A stretch of 64,000 bases of DNA from Auanema rhodensis (lineage: Eukaryota > Animalia > Nematoda): contig OZ059899.1 of the NCBI GenBank assembly GCA_964057225.1, positions 124,001 to 188,000 of the forward strand, read 5' to 3'. A program made the translations under genes and the position numbers. The notes beneath the pieces were generated by a model that worked only from the letters and a program-made list of their open reading frames with translations, did no database searches and was not told the DNA's origin. Below are positions 42,001 through 57,700 of this stretch, in pieces; the stretch's first letter is position 1; each line of letters starts with the position of its first letter.

Positions 42001-44516
42001 TACATTTAATTAGCATAAATTAAAGTTCACGTAAATTTCAAAGTCATGGTTACCATGAAGCAATATCAATAAAAATTTGTTTTTAGACTAATATGGACAT
42101 GGGGAATCTAATTTTGAAAACAGCATCTCTTTATCTTTCACGTGAAGCGAATTACATACCAAGTGCACATCACGTGTACATTTAATTAGCATAAATTAAA
42201 GTTCACGTAAATTTCAAAGTCATGGTTACCATGAACCAATATCAATAAAAATTTGTTTTTAGACTAATATGGACATGGGGAATCTAATTTTGAAAACCGC
42301 ATCTCTTTATCTTTCACGTGAAGCGAGTTACATACCAAGTGCACATCACGTGTACATTTAATTAGCATAAATTAAAGTTCACGTAAATTTCAAAGTCATG
42401 GTTACCATGCACCAATATCAATAAAAATTTGTGTTTAGACTAATATGGACATGAGGAATCTAATTTTGAAAACCGCATCTCTTTATCTTTCACGTGAAGC
42501 GAGTTACATACCAAGTGCACATCACGTGTACATTTAATTAGCATAAATTAAAGTTCACGTAAATTTCAAAGTCGTGGTTACCATGCACCAATATCAATAA
42601 AAATTCGTTTTTAGACTAATATGGACATGGGGAATCTAATTTTGAAAACCGCATCTCTTTATCTTTCACGTGAAGCGAGTTACATACCAAGTGCACATCA
42701 CGTGTACATTTAATTAGCATAAATTAAAGTTCACGTAAATTTCAAAGTCATGGTTACCATGCACCAATATCAATAAAAATTTGTTTTTAGACTAATATGG
42801 GAATGAGGAATCTAATTTTGAAAACCGCATCTCTTTATCTTTCACGTGAAGCGAGTTACATACCAAGTGCACATCACGTGTACATTTAATTAGCATAAAT
42901 TAAAGTTCACGTAAATTTCAAAGTCGTGGTTACCATGCACCAATATCAATAAAAATTCGTTTTTAGACTAATATGGACATGGGGAATCTAATTTTGAAAA
43001 CCGCATCTCTTTATCTTTCACGTGAAGCGAGTTACATACCAAGTGCACATCACGTGTACATTTAATTAGCATAAATTAAAGTTCAAGTAAATTTCAAAGT
43101 CATGGTTACCATGAACCAATATCAATAAAAATTTGTTTTAAGACTAATATGGACATGGGGAATCTAATTTTGAAAACCGCATCTCTTTATCTTTCACGTG
43201 AAGCGAGTTACATACCAAGTGCACATCACGTGTACATTTAATTAGCATAAATTAAAGTTCACGTAAATTTCAAAGTCATGGTTACCATGCACCAATATCA
43301 ATAAAAATTTGTTTTTAGACTAATATGGACATGGGGGATCTAATTTTGAGAACCGCATCTCTTTATCTTTCACGTGAAGCGAGTTACATACCAAGTGCAC
43401 ATCACGTGTACATTTAATTAGCATAAATTAAAGTTCACGTAAATTTCAAAGTCATGGTTACCATGAAGCAATATCAATAAAAATTTGTTTTTGGACTAAT
43501 ATGGACATGGGGAATCTAATTTTAAAACCGAATCTCTTTATCTTTCACGTGAAGCGAGTTACATACCAAGTGCACATCACGTGTACATTTAATTAGCATA
43601 AATTAAAGTTCAAGTAAATTTCAAAGTCATGGTTACCATGAACCAATATCAATAAAAATTTGTTTTTAGACTAATATGGACATGGGGAATCTAATTTTGA
43701 AAACCGCATCTCTTCATCTTTCACGTGAAGCGAGTTACATACCAAGTGCACATCACGTGTACATTTAATTAGCATAAATTAAAGTTCACGTAAATTTCAA
43801 AGTCATGGTTACCATGCACCAATATCAATAAAAATTTGTTTTTAGACTAATATGGACATGGGGAATCTAATTTTGAAAACCGCATCTCTTTATCTTTCAC
43901 GTTAAGCGAGTTACATACCAAGTGCACATCACGTGTACATTTAATTAGCATAAATTAAAGTTCACGTAAATTTCAAAGTCATGGTTACCATGCACCAATA
44001 TCAATAAAAATTTGTTTTTAGACTAATATGGACATGGGGAATCTAATTTTGAAAACCGCATCTCTTTATCTTTCACGTGAAGCGAGTTACATACTAAGTG
44101 CACATCACGTGTACATTTAATTAGCATAAATTAAAGTTCACGTAAATTTCAAAGTCATGGTTACCATGAACCAATATCAATAAAAATTTGTTTTTAGACT
44201 AATATGGACATGGGGAATCTAATTTTGAAAACCGCATCTCTTTATCTTTTACGTGAAGCGAGTTACATACCAAGTGCACATCACGTGTACATTTAATTAG
44301 CATAAATTAAAGTTCACGTAAATTTCAAAGTCATGGTTACCATGCACCAAATCAATAAAAATTTGTTTTTAGACTAATATGGACATGGGGAATCTAATTT
44401 TGAAAACCGCATCTCTTTATCTTTTACGTGAAGCGAGTTACATACCAAGTGCACATCACGTGTACATTTAATTAGCATAAATTAAAGTTCACGTAAATTT
44501 CAAAGTCATGGTTACC
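38361..44516 (+). repeat. 15-monomer block present twice (38361-40998 and 41879-44516; offset 3518 bp = 20 monomers), third copy at 54546-57183
   Basis: Each copy contains the rare A51G+A64G monomer followed by the A31G+G62del+C70A monomer (starts 39945, 43463, 56130). Confidence 0.88.
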
Positions 44517-47500
44517 ATGCACCAATATCAATAAAAATTTGTTTTTAGACTAATATGGACATGGGGAATCTAATTTTGAAAACCGCATCTCTTTATCTTT
44601 CACGTGAAGCGAGTTACATACCAAGTGCACATCACGTGTACATTTAATTAGCATAAATTGAAGTTCACGTAAATTTCAAAGTCATGGTTACCATGAACCA
44701 ATATCAATAAAAATTTGTTTTTAGACTAATATGGACATGGGGAATCTAATTTTGAAAACCGCATCTCTTTATCTTTCACGTGAAGCGAGTTACATACCAA
44801 GTGCACATCACGTGTACATTTAATTAGCATAAATTAAAGTTCAAGTAAATTTCAAAGTCATGGTTACCATGCACCAATATCAATAAAAATTTGTTTTTAG
44901 ACTAATATGGACATGGGGAATCTAATTTTGAAAACCGCATCTCTTTATCTTTCACGTGAAGCGAGTTACATACCAAGTGCACATCACGTGTACATTTAAT
45001 TAGCATAAATTGAAGTTCACGTAAATTTCAAAGTCATGGTTACCATAAACCAATATCAATAAAAATTTGTTTTTAGACTAATATGGACATGGGGAATCTA
45101 ATTTTGAAAACCGCATCTCTTTATCTTTCACGTGAAGCGAGTTACATACCAAGTGCACATCACGTGTACATTTAATTAGCATAAATTAAAGTTCACGTAA
45201 ATTTCAAAGTCATGGTTACCATGAACCAATATCAATAAAAATTTGTTTTTAGACTAATATGGACATGGGGAATCTAATTTTGAAAACCGCATCTCTTTAT
45301 CTTTCACGTGAAGCGAGTTACATACCAAGTGCACATCACGTGTACATTTAATTAGCATAAATTAAAGTTCACGTAAATTTCAAAGTCATGGTTACCATGC
45401 ACTAATATCAATAAAAATTTGTGTTTAGACTAATATGGACATGAGGAATCTAATTTTGAAAACCGCATCTCTTTATCTTTCACGTGAAGCGAGTTACATA
45501 CCAAGTGCACATCACGTGTACATTTAATTAGCATAAATTAAAGTTCACGTAAATTTCAAAGTCATGGTTACCATGCACCAATATCAATAAAAATTTGTTT
45601 TTAGACTAATATGGGAATGAGGAATCTAATTTTGAAAACCGCATCTCTTTATCTTTCACGTGAAGCGAGTTACATACCAAGTGCACATCACGTGTACATT
45701 TAATTAGCATAAATTAAAGTTCACGTAAATTTCAAAGTCATGGTTACCATGCACCAATATCAATAAAAATTTGTTTTTAGACTAATATGGACATGGGGAA
45801 TCTAATTTTGAAAACCGCATCTCTTTATCTTTCACGTGAAGCGAGTTACATACCAAGTGCACATCACGTGTACATTTAATTAGCATAAATTGAAGTTCAC
45901 GTAAATTTCAAAGTCATGGTTACCATGAACCAATATCAATAAAAATTTGTTTTTAGACTAATATGGACATGGGGAATCTAATTTTGAAAACCGCATCTCT
46001 TTATCTTTCACGTGAAGCGAGTTACATACCAAGTGCACATCACGTGTACATTTAATTAGCATAAATTAAAGTTCACGTAAATTTCAAAGTCATGGTTACC
46101 ATGAACCAATATCAATAAAAATTTGTTTTTAGACTAATATGGACATGGGGAATCTAATTTTGAAAACCGCATCTCTTTATCTTTCACGTGAAGCGAGTTA
46201 CATACCAAGTGCACATCACGTGTACATTTAATTAGCATAAATTAAAGTTCACGTAAATTTCAAAGTCATGGTTACCATGCACTAATATCAATAAAAATTT
46301 GTGTTTAGACTAATATGGACATGAGGAATCTAATTTTGAAAACCGCATCTCTTTATCTTTCACGTGAAGCGAGTTACATACCAAGTGCACATCACGTGTA
46401 CATTTAATTAGCATAAATTAAAGTTCACGTAAATTTCAAAGTCATGGTTACCATGCACCAATATCAATAAAAATTTGTTTTTAGACTAATATGGGAATGA
46501 GGAATCTAATTTTGAAAACCGCATCTCTTTATCTTTCACGTGAAGCGAGTTACATACCAAGTGCACATCACGTGTACATTTAATTAGCATAAATTAAAGT
46601 TCACGTAAATTTCAAAGTCATGGTTACCATGCACCAATATCAATAAAAATTTGTTTTTAGACTAATATGGACATGGGGAATCTAATTTTGAAAACCGCAT
46701 CTCTTTATCTTTCACGTGAAGCGAGTTACATACCAAGTGCACATCACGTGTACATTTAATTAGCATAAATTAAAGTTCACGTAAATTTCAAAGTCATGGT
46801 TACCATGCACCAATATCAATAAAAATTTGTTTTTAGACTAATATGGGAATGAGGAATCTAATTTTGAAAACCGCATCTCTTTATCTTTCACGTGAAGCGA
46901 GTTACATACCAAGTGCACATCACGTGTACATTTAATTAGCATAAATTAAAGTTCACGTAAATTTTAAAGTCGTGGTTACCATGCACCAATATCAATAAAA
47001 ATTCGTTTTTAGACTAATATGGACATGGGGAATCTAATTTTGAAAACCGCATCTCTTTATCTTTCACGTGAAGCGAGTTACATACCAAGTGCACATCACG
47101 TGTACATTTAATTAGCATAAATTAAAGTTCAAGTAAATTTCAAAGTCATGGTTACCATGAACCAATATCAATAAAAATTTGTTTTAAGACTAATATGGAC
47201 ATGGGGAATCTAATTTTGAAAACCGCATCTCTTTATCTTTCACGTGAAGCGAGTTACATACCAAGTGCACATCACGTGTACATTTAATTAGCATAAATTA
47301 AAGTTCACGTAAATTTCAAAGTCATGGTTACCATGCACCAATATCAATAAAAATTTGTGTTTAGACTAATATGGACATGGGGAATCTAATTTTGAAAACC
47401 GCATCTCTTTATCTTTCACGTGAAGCGAGTTACATACCAAGTGCACATCACGTGTACATTTAATTAGCATAAATTAAAGTTCACGTAAATTTCAAAGTCG

Positions 47501-49090
47501 TGGTTACCATGCACCAATATCAATAAAAATTCGTTTTTAGACTAATATGGACATGGGGAATCTAATTTTGAAAACCGCATCTCTTTATCTTTCACGTGAA
47601 GCGAGTTACATACCAAGTGCACATCACGTGTACATTTAATTAGCATAAATTAAAGTTCAAGTAAATTTCAAAGTCATGGTTACCATGCACCAATATCAAT
47701 AAAAATTTGTTTTTAGACTAATATGGACATGGGGGATCTAATTTTGAAAACCGCATCTCTTTATCTTTCACGTGAAGCGAGTTACATACCAAGTGCACAT
47801 CACGTGTACATTTAATTAGCATAAATTAAAGTTCACGTAAATTTCAAAGTCATGGTTACCATGAACCAATATCAATAAAAATTTGTTTTTAGACTAATAT
47901 GGACATGGGGAATCTAATTTTGAAAACCGCATCTCTTTATCTTTTACGTGAAGCGAGTTACATACCAAGTGCACATCACGTGTACATTTAATTAGCATAA
48001 ATTAAAGTTCACGTAAATTTCAAAGTCATGGTTACCATGCACCAAATCAATAAAAATTTGTTTTTAGACTAATATGGACATGGGGAATCTAATTTTGAAA
48101 ACCGCATCTCTTTATCTTTTACGTGAAGCGAGTTACATACCAAGTGCACATCACGTGTACATTTAATTAGCATAAATTAAAGTTCACGTAAATTTCAAAG
48201 TCATGGTTACCATGCACCAATATCAATAAAAATTTGTTTTTAGACTAATATGGACATGGGGAATCTAATTTTGAAAACCGCATCTCTTTATCTTTCACGT
48301 GAAGCGAGTTACATACCAAGTGCACATCACGTGTACATTTAATTAGCATAAATTAAAGTTCAAGTAAATTTCAAAGTCATGGTTACCATGCACCAATATC
48401 AATAAAAATTTGTTTTTAGACTAATATGGACATGGGGGATCTAATTTTGAAAACCGCATCTCTTTATCTTTCACGTGAAGCGAGTTACATACCAAGTGCA
48501 CATCACGTGTACATTTAATTAGCATAAATTAAAGTTCACGTAAATTTCAAAGTCATGGTTACCATGCACCAATATCAATAAAAATTTGTTTTTAGACTAA
48601 TATGGACATGGGGAATCTAATTTTGAAAACCGCATCTCTTTATCTTTCACGTGAAGCGAGTTACATACTAAGTGCACATCACGTGTACATTTAATTAGCA
48701 TAAATTAAAGTTCACGTAAATTTCAAAGTCATGGTTACCATGAACCAATATCAATAAAAATTTGTTTTTAGACTAATATGGACATGGGGAATCTAATTTT
48801 GAAAACCGCATCTCTTTATCTTTTACGTGAAGCGAGTTACATACCAAGTGCACATCACGTGTACATTTAATTAGCATAAATTAAAGTTCACGTAAATTTC
48901 AAAGTCATGGTTACCATGCACCAAATCAATAAAAATTTGTTTTTAGACTAATATGGACATGGGGAATCTAATTTTGAAAACCGCATCTCTTTATCTTTTA
49001 CGTGAAGCGAGTTACATACCAAGTGCACATCACGTGTACATTTAATTAGCATAAATTAAAGTTCACGTAAATTTCAAAGTCATGGTTACC
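41879..49090 (+). repeat. Long duplicated block B, copy 1 (M239-M279; partner 54546-61757, offset 12667 bp = 72 monomers)
   Basis: Shared rare markers in the same order: G3A (ataaacc) at 45045/57712, C7T+T27G at 45397/58064 and 46277/58944, C161T+A168G in M267/M339. Confidence 0.9.
44869..46628 (+). repeat. Tandem 5-monomer (880-bp) higher-order repeat x2, also copied at 57536-59295
   Basis: [A144G] [C4A] [C4A] [C7T+T27G+G48A] [gggaatgagg] starts at 44869 and 45749. Confidence 0.85.
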
Positions 49091-52000
49091 ATGCACCAAT
49101 ATCAATAAAAATTTGTTTTTAGACTAATATGGACATGGGGAATCTAATTTTGAAAACCGCATCTCTTTATCTTTCACGTGAAGCGAGTTACATACCAAGT
49201 GCACATCACGTGTACATTTAATTAGCATAAATTAAAGTTCACGTAAATTTCAAAGTCATGGTTACCATGCACCAATATCAATAAAAATTTGTGTTTAGAC
49301 TAATATGGACATGAGGAATCTAATTTTGAAAACCGCATCTCTTTATCTTTCACGTGAAGCGAGTTACATACCAAGTGCACATCACGTGTACATTTAATTA
49401 GCATAAATTAAAGTTCACGTAAATTTCAAAGTCATGGTTACCATGCACCAATATCAATAAAAATTTGTTTTTAGACTAATATGGGAATGAGGAATCTAAT
49501 TTTGAAAACCGCATCTCTTTATCTTTCACGTGAAGCGAGTTACATACCAAGTGCACATCACGTGTACATTTAATTAGCATAAATTAAAGTTCACGTAAAT
49601 TTCAAAGTCGTGGTTACCATGCACCAATATCAATAAAAATTCGTTTTTAGACTAATATGGACATGGGGAATCTAATTTTGAAAACCGCATCTCTTTATCT
49701 TTCACGTGAAGCGAGTTACATACCAAGTACACATCACGTGTACATTTAATTAGCATAAATTAAAGTTCAAGTAAATTTCAAAGTCATGGTTACCATGAAC
49801 CAATATCAATAAAAATTTGTTTTTAGACTAATATGGACATGGGGAATCTAATTTTGAAAACCGCATCTCTTTATCTTTCACGTGAAGCGAGTTACATACC
49901 AAGTGCACATCACGTGTACATTTAATTAGCATAAATTAAAGTTCACGTAAATTTCAAAGTCATGGTTACCATGCACCAATATCAATAAAAATTTGTTTTT
50001 AGACTAATATGGACATGGGGAATCTAATTTTGAAAACCGCATCTCTTTATCTTTCACGTGAAGCGAGTTACATACCAAGTGCACATCACGTGTACATTTA
50101 ATTAGCATAAATTAAAGTTCACGTAAATTTCAAAGTCATGGTTACCATGCACCAATATCAATAAAAATTTGTTTTTAGACTAATATGGACATGGGGGATC
50201 TAATTTTGAAAACCGCATCTCTTTATCTTTCACGTGAAGCGAGTTACATACCAAGTGCACATCACGTGTACATTTAATTAGCATAAATTAAAGTTCACGT
50301 AAATTTCAAAGTCATGGTTACCATGAAGCAATATCAATAAAAATTTGTTTTTAGACTAATATGGACATGGGGAATCTAATTTTGAAAACCGAATCTCTTT
50401 ATCTTTCACGTGAAGCGAGTTACATACCAAGTGCACATCACGTGTACATTTAATTAGCATAAATTAAAGTTCAAGTAAATTTCAAAGTCATGGTTACCAT
50501 GAACCAATATCAATAAAAATTTGTTTTTAGACTAATATGGACATGGGGAATCTAATTTTGAAAACCGCATCTCTTCATCTTTCACGTGAAGCGAGTTACA
50601 TACCAAGTGCACATCACGTGTACATTTAATTAGCATAAATTAAAGTTCACGTAAATTTCAAAGTCATGGTTACCATGCACCAATATCAATAAAAATTTGT
50701 TTTTAGACTAATATGGACATGGGGAATCTAATTTTGAAAACCGCATCTCTTTATCTTTCACGTTAAGCGAGTTACATACCAAGTGCACATCACGTGTACA
50801 TTTAATTAGCATAAATTAAAGTTCACGTAAATTTCAAAGTCATGGTTACCATGCACCAATATCAATAAAAATTTGTTTTTAGACTAATATGGACATGGGG
50901 AATCTAATTTTGAAAACCGCATCTCTTTATCTTTCACGTGAAGCGAGTTACATACCAAGTGCACATCACGTGTACATTTAATTAGCATAAATTAAAGTTC
51001 ACGTAAATTTCAAAGTCATGGTTACCATGCACCAATATCAATAAAAATTTGTTTTTAGACTAACATGGGAATGAGGAATCTAATTTTGAAAACCGCATCT
51101 CTTTATCTTTCACGTGAAGCGAGTTACATACCAAGTGCACATCACGTGTACATTTAATTAGCATAAATTAAAGTTCACGTAAATTTCAAAGTCATGGTTA
51201 CCATGAAGCAATATCAATAAAAATTTGTTTTTAGACTAATATGGACATGGGGAATCTAATTTTGAAAACAGCATCTCTTTATCTTTCACGTGAAGCGAAT
51301 TACATACCAAGTGCACATCACGTGTACATTTAATTAGCATAAATTAAAGTTCACGTAAATTTCAAAGTCATGGTTACCATGAACCAATATCAATAAAAAT
51401 TTGTTTTTAGACTAATATGGACATGGGGAATCTAATTTTGAAAACCGCATCTCTTTATCTTTCACGTGAAGCGAGTTACATACCAAGTGCACATCACGTG
51501 TACATTTAATTAGCATAAATTAAAGTTCACGTAAATTTCAAAGTCATGGTTACCATGCACCAATATCAATAAAAATTTGTGTTTAGACTAATATGGACAT
51601 GAGGAATCTAATTTTGAAAACCGCATCTCTTTATCTTTCACGTGAAGCGAGTTACATACCAAGTGCACATCACGTGTACATTTAATTAGCATAAATTAAA
51701 GTTCACGTAAATTTCAAAGTCATGGTTACCATGAACCAATATCAATAAAAATTTGTTTTTAGACTAATATGGACATGGGGAATCTAATTTTGAAAACCGC
51801 ATCTCTTTATCTTTTACGTGAAGCGAGTTACATACCAAGTGCACATCACGTGTACATTTAATTAGCATAAATTAAAGTTCACGTAAATTTCAAAGTCATG
51901 GTTACCATGCACCAAATCAATAAAAATTTGTTTTTAGACTAATATGGACATGGGGAATCTAATTTTGAAAACCGCATCTCTTTAACTTTTACGTGAAGCG

Positions 52001-54721
52001 AGTTACATACCAAGTGCACATCACGTGTACATTTAATTAGCATAAATTAAAGTTCACGTAAATTTCAAAGTCATGGTTACCATGCACCAATATCAATAAA
52101 AATTTGTTTTTAGACTAATATGGACATGGGGAATCTAATTTTGAAAACCGCATCTCTTTATCTTTCACGTGAAGCGAGTTACATACCAAGTGCACATCAC
52201 GTGTACATTTAATTAGCATAAATTAAAGTTCACGTAAATTTCAAAGTCATGGTTACCATGCACCAATATCAATAAAAATTTGTGTTTAGACTAATATGGA
52301 CATGAGGAATCTAATTTTGAAAACCGCATCTCTTTATCTTTCACGTGAAGCGAGTTACATACCAAGTGCACATCACGTGTACATTTAATTAGCATAAATT
52401 AAAGTTCACGTAAATTTCAAAGTCATGGTTACCATGCACCAATATCAATAAAAATTTGTTTTTAGACTAATATGGGAATGAGGAATCTAATTTTGAAAAC
52501 CGCATCTCTTTATCTTTCACGTGAAGCGAGTTACATACCAAGTGCACATCACGTGTACATTTAATTAGCATAAATTAAAGTTCACGTAAATTTCAAAGTC
52601 GTGGTTACCATGCACCAATATCAATAAAAATTCGTTTTTAGACTAATATGGACATGGGGAATCTAATTTTGAAAACCGCATCTCTTTATCTTTCACGTGA
52701 AGCGAGTTACATACCAAGTACACATCACGTGTACATTTAATTAGCATAAATTAAAGTTCAAGTAAATTTCAAAGTCATGGTTACCATGAACCAATATCAA
52801 TAAAAATTTGTTTTTAGACTAATATGGACATGGGGAATCTAATTTTGAAAACCGCATCTCTTTATCTTTCACGTGAAGCGAGTTACATACCAAGTGCACA
52901 TCACGTGTACATTTAATTAGCATAAATTAAAGTTCACGTAAATTTCAAAGTCATGGTTACCATGCACCAATATCAATAAAAATTTGTTTTTAGACTAATA
53001 TGGACATGGGGAATCTAATTTTGAAAACCGCATCTCTTTATCTTTCACGTGAAGCGAGTTACATACCAAGTGCACATCACGTGTACATTTAATTAGCATA
53101 AATTAAAGTTCACGTAAATTTCAAAGTCATGGTTACCATGCACCAATATCAATAAAAATTTGTTTTTAGACTAATATGGACATGGGGGATCTAATTTTGA
53201 AAACCGCATCTCTTTATCTTTCACGTGAAGCGAGTTACATACCAAGTGCACATCACGTGTACATTTAATTAGCATAAATTAAAGTTCACGTAAATTTCAA
53301 AGTCATGGTTACCATGAAGCAATATCAATAAAAATTTGTTTTTAGACTAATATGGACATGGGGAATCTAATTTTGAAAACCGAATCTCTTTATCTTTCAC
53401 GTGAAGCGAGTTACATACCAAGTGCACATCACGTGTACATTTAATTAGCATAAATTAAAGTTCAAGTAAATTTCAAAGTCATGGTTACCATGAACCAATA
53501 TCAATAAAAATTTGTTTTTAGACTAATATGGACATGGGGAATCTAATTTTGAAAACCGCATCTCTTCATCTTTCACGTGAAGCGAGTTACATACCAAGTG
53601 CACATCACGTGTACATTTAATTAGCATAAATTAAAGTTCACGTAAATTTCAAAGTCATGGTTACCATGCACCAATATCAATAAAAATTTGTTTTTAGACT
53701 AATATGGACATGGGGAATCTAATTTTGAAAACCGCATCTCTTTATCTTTCACGTTAAGCGAGTTACATACCAAGTGCACATCACGTGTACATTTAATTAG
53801 CATAAATTAAAGTTCACGTAAATTTCAAAGTCATGGTTACCATGCACCAATATCAATAAAAATTTGTTTTTAGACTAATATGGACATGGGGAATCTAATT
53901 TTGAAAACCGCATCTCTTTATCTTTCACGTGAAGCGAGTTACATACCAAGTGCACATCACGTGTACATTTAATTAGCATAAATTAAAGTTCACGTAAATT
54001 TCAAAGTCATGGTTACCATGCACCAATATCAATAAAAATTTGTTTTTAGACTAACATGGGAATGAGGAATCTAATTTTGAAAACCGCATCTCTTTATCTT
54101 TCACGTGAAGCGAGTTACATACCAAGTGCACATCACGTGTACATTTAATTAGCATAAATTAAAGTTCACGTAAATTTCAAAGTCATGGTTACCATGAAGC
54201 AATATCAATAAAAATTTGTTTTTAGACTAATATGGACATGGGGAATCTAATTTTGAAAACAGCATCTCTTTATCTTTCACGTGAAGCGAATTACATACCA
54301 AGTGCACATCACGTGTACATTTAATTAGCATAAATTAAAGTTCACGTAAATTTCAAAGTCATGGTTACCATGAACCAATATCAATAAAAATTTGTTTTTA
54401 GACTAATATGGACATGGGGAATCTAATTTTGAAAACCGCATCTCTTTATCTTTCACGTGAAGCGAGTTACATACCAAGTGCACATCACGTGTACATTTAA
54501 TTAGCATAAATTAAAGTTCACGTAAATTTCAAAGTCATGGTTACCATGCACCAATATCAATAAAAATTTGTGTTTAGACTAATATGGACATGAGGAATCT
54601 AATTTTGAAAACCGCATCTCTTTATCTTTCACGTGAAGCGAGTTACATACCAAGTGCACATCACGTGTACATTTAATTAGCATAAATTAAAGTTCACGTA
54701 AATTTCAAAGTCATGGTTACC
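48740..54721 (+). repeat. Near-perfect tandem 17-monomer (2991-bp) duplication (M278-M294 / M295-M311)
   Basis: All markers recur at +2991, e.g. G111A at M283/M300, aagc+C70A at M287/M304, T38C at M291/M308. One difference was seen (T80A at 51985). Confidence 0.9.
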
Positions 54722-57700
54722 ATGAAGCAATATCAATAAAAATTTGTTTTTAGACTAATATGGACATGGGGAATCTAATTTTGAAAACAGCATCTCTTTA
54801 TCTTTCACGTGAAGCGAATTACATACCAAGTGCACATCACGTGTACATTTAATTAGCATAAATTAAAGTTCACGTAAATTTCAAAGTCATGGTTACCATG
54901 AACCAATATCAATAAAAATTTGTTTTTAGACTAATATGGACATGGGGAATCTAATTTTGAAAACCGCATCTCTTTATCTTTCACGTGAAGCGAGTTACAT
55001 ACCAAGTGCACATCACGTGTACATTTAATTAGCATAAATTAAAGTTCACGTAAATTTCAAAGTCATGGTTACCATGCACCAATATCAATAAAAATTTGTG
55101 TTTAGACTAATATGGACATGAGGAATCTAATTTTGAAAACCGCATCTCTTTATCTTTCACGTGAAGCGAGTTACATACCAAGTGCACATCACGTGTACAT
55201 TTAATTAGCATAAATTAAAGTTCACGTAAATTTCAAAGTCGTGGTTACCATGCACCAATATCAATAAAAATTCGTTTTTAGACTAATATGGACATGGGGA
55301 ATCTAATTTTGAAAACCGCATCTCTTTATCTTTCACGTGAAGCGAGTTACATACCAAGTGCACATCACGTGTACATTTAATTAGCATAAATTAAAGTTCA
55401 CGTAAATTTCAAAGTCATGGTTACCATGCACCAATATCAATAAAAATTTGTTTTTAGACTAATATGGGAATGAGGAATCTAATTTTGAAAACCGCATCTC
55501 TTTATCTTTCACGTGAAGCGAGTTACATACCAAGTGCACATCACGTGTACATTTAATTAGCATAAATTAAAGTTCACGTAAATTTCAAAGTCGTGGTTAC
55601 CATGCACCAATATCAATAAAAATTCGTTTTTAGACTAATATGGACATGGGGAATCTAATTTTGAAAACCGCATCTCTTTATCTTTCACGTGAAGCGAGTT
55701 ACATACCAAGTGCACATCACGTGTACATTTAATTAGCATAAATTAAAGTTCAAGTAAATTTCAAAGTCATGGTTACCATGAACCAATATCAATAAAAATT
55801 TGTTTTAAGACTAATATGGACATGGGGAATCTAATTTTGAAAACCGCATCTCTTTATCTTTCACGTGAAGCGAGTTACATACCAAGTGCACATCACGTGT
55901 ACATTTAATTAGCATAAATTAAAGTTCACGTAAATTTCAAAGTCATGGTTACCATGCACCAATATCAATAAAAATTTGTTTTTAGACTAATATGGACATG
56001 GGGGATCTAATTTTGAGAACCGCATCTCTTTATCTTTCACGTGAAGCGAGTTACATACCAAGTGCACATCACGTGTACATTTAATTAGCATAAATTAAAG
56101 TTCACGTAAATTTCAAAGTCATGGTTACCATGAAGCAATATCAATAAAAATTTGTTTTTGGACTAATATGGACATGGGGAATCTAATTTTAAAACCGAAT
56201 CTCTTTATCTTTCACGTGAAGCGAGTTACATACCAAGTGCACATCACGTGTACATTTAATTAGCATAAATTAAAGTTCAAGTAAATTTCAAAGTCATGGT
56301 TACCATGAACCAATATCAATAAAAATTTGTTTTTAGACTAATATGGACATGGGGAATCTAATTTTGAAAACCGCATCTCTTCATCTTTCACGTGAAGCGA
56401 GTTACATACCAAGTGCACATCACGTGTACATTTAATTAGCATAAATTAAAGTTCACGTAAATTTCAAAGTCATGGTTACCATGCACCAATATCAATAAAA
56501 ATTTGTTTTTAGACTAATATGGACATGGGGAATCTAATTTTGAAAACCGCATCTCTTTATCTTTCACGTTAAGCGAGTTACATACCAAGTGCACATCACG
56601 TGTACATTTAATTAGCATAAATTAAAGTTCACGTAAATTTCAAAGTCATGGTTACCATGCACCAATATCAATAAAAATTTGTTTTTAGACTAATATGGAC
56701 ATGGGGAATCTAATTTTGAAAACCGCATCTCTTTATCTTTCACGTGAAGCGAGTTACATACTAAGTGCACATCACGTGTACATTTAATTAGCATAAATTA
56801 AAGTTCACGTAAATTTCAAAGTCATGGTTACCATGAACCAATATCAATAAAAATTTGTTTTTAGACTAATATGGACATGGGGAATCTAATTTTGAAAACC
56901 GCATCTCTTTATCTTTTACGTGAAGCGAGTTACATACCAAGTGCACATCACGTGTACATTTAATTAGCATAAATTAAAGTTCACGTAAATTTCAAAGTCA
57001 TGGTTACCATGCACCAAATCAATAAAAATTTGTTTTTAGACTAATATGGACATGGGGAATCTAATTTTGAAAACCGCATCTCTTTATCTTTTACGTGAAG
57101 CGAGTTACATACCAAGTGCACATCACGTGTACATTTAATTAGCATAAATTAAAGTTCACGTAAATTTCAAAGTCATGGTTACCATGCACCAATATCAATA
57201 AAAATTTGTTTTTAGACTAATATGGACATGGGGAATCTAATTTTGAAAACCGCATCTCTTTATCTTTCACGTGAAGCGAGTTACATACCAAGTGCACATC
57301 ACGTGTACATTTAATTAGCATAAATTGAAGTTCACGTAAATTTCAAAGTCATGGTTACCATGAACCAATATCAATAAAAATTTGTTTTTAGACTAATATG
57401 GACATGGGGAATCTAATTTTGAAAACCGCATCTCTTTATCTTTCACGTGAAGCGAGTTACATACCAAGTGCACATCACGTGTACATTTAATTAGCATAAA
57501 TTAAAGTTCAAGTAAATTTCAAAGTCATGGTTACCATGCACCAATATCAATAAAAATTTGTTTTTAGACTAATATGGACATGGGGAATCTAATTTTGAAA
57601 ACCGCATCTCTTTATCTTTCACGTGAAGCGAGTTACATACCAAGTGCACATCACGTGTACATTTAATTAGCATAAATTGAAGTTCACGTAAATTTCAAAG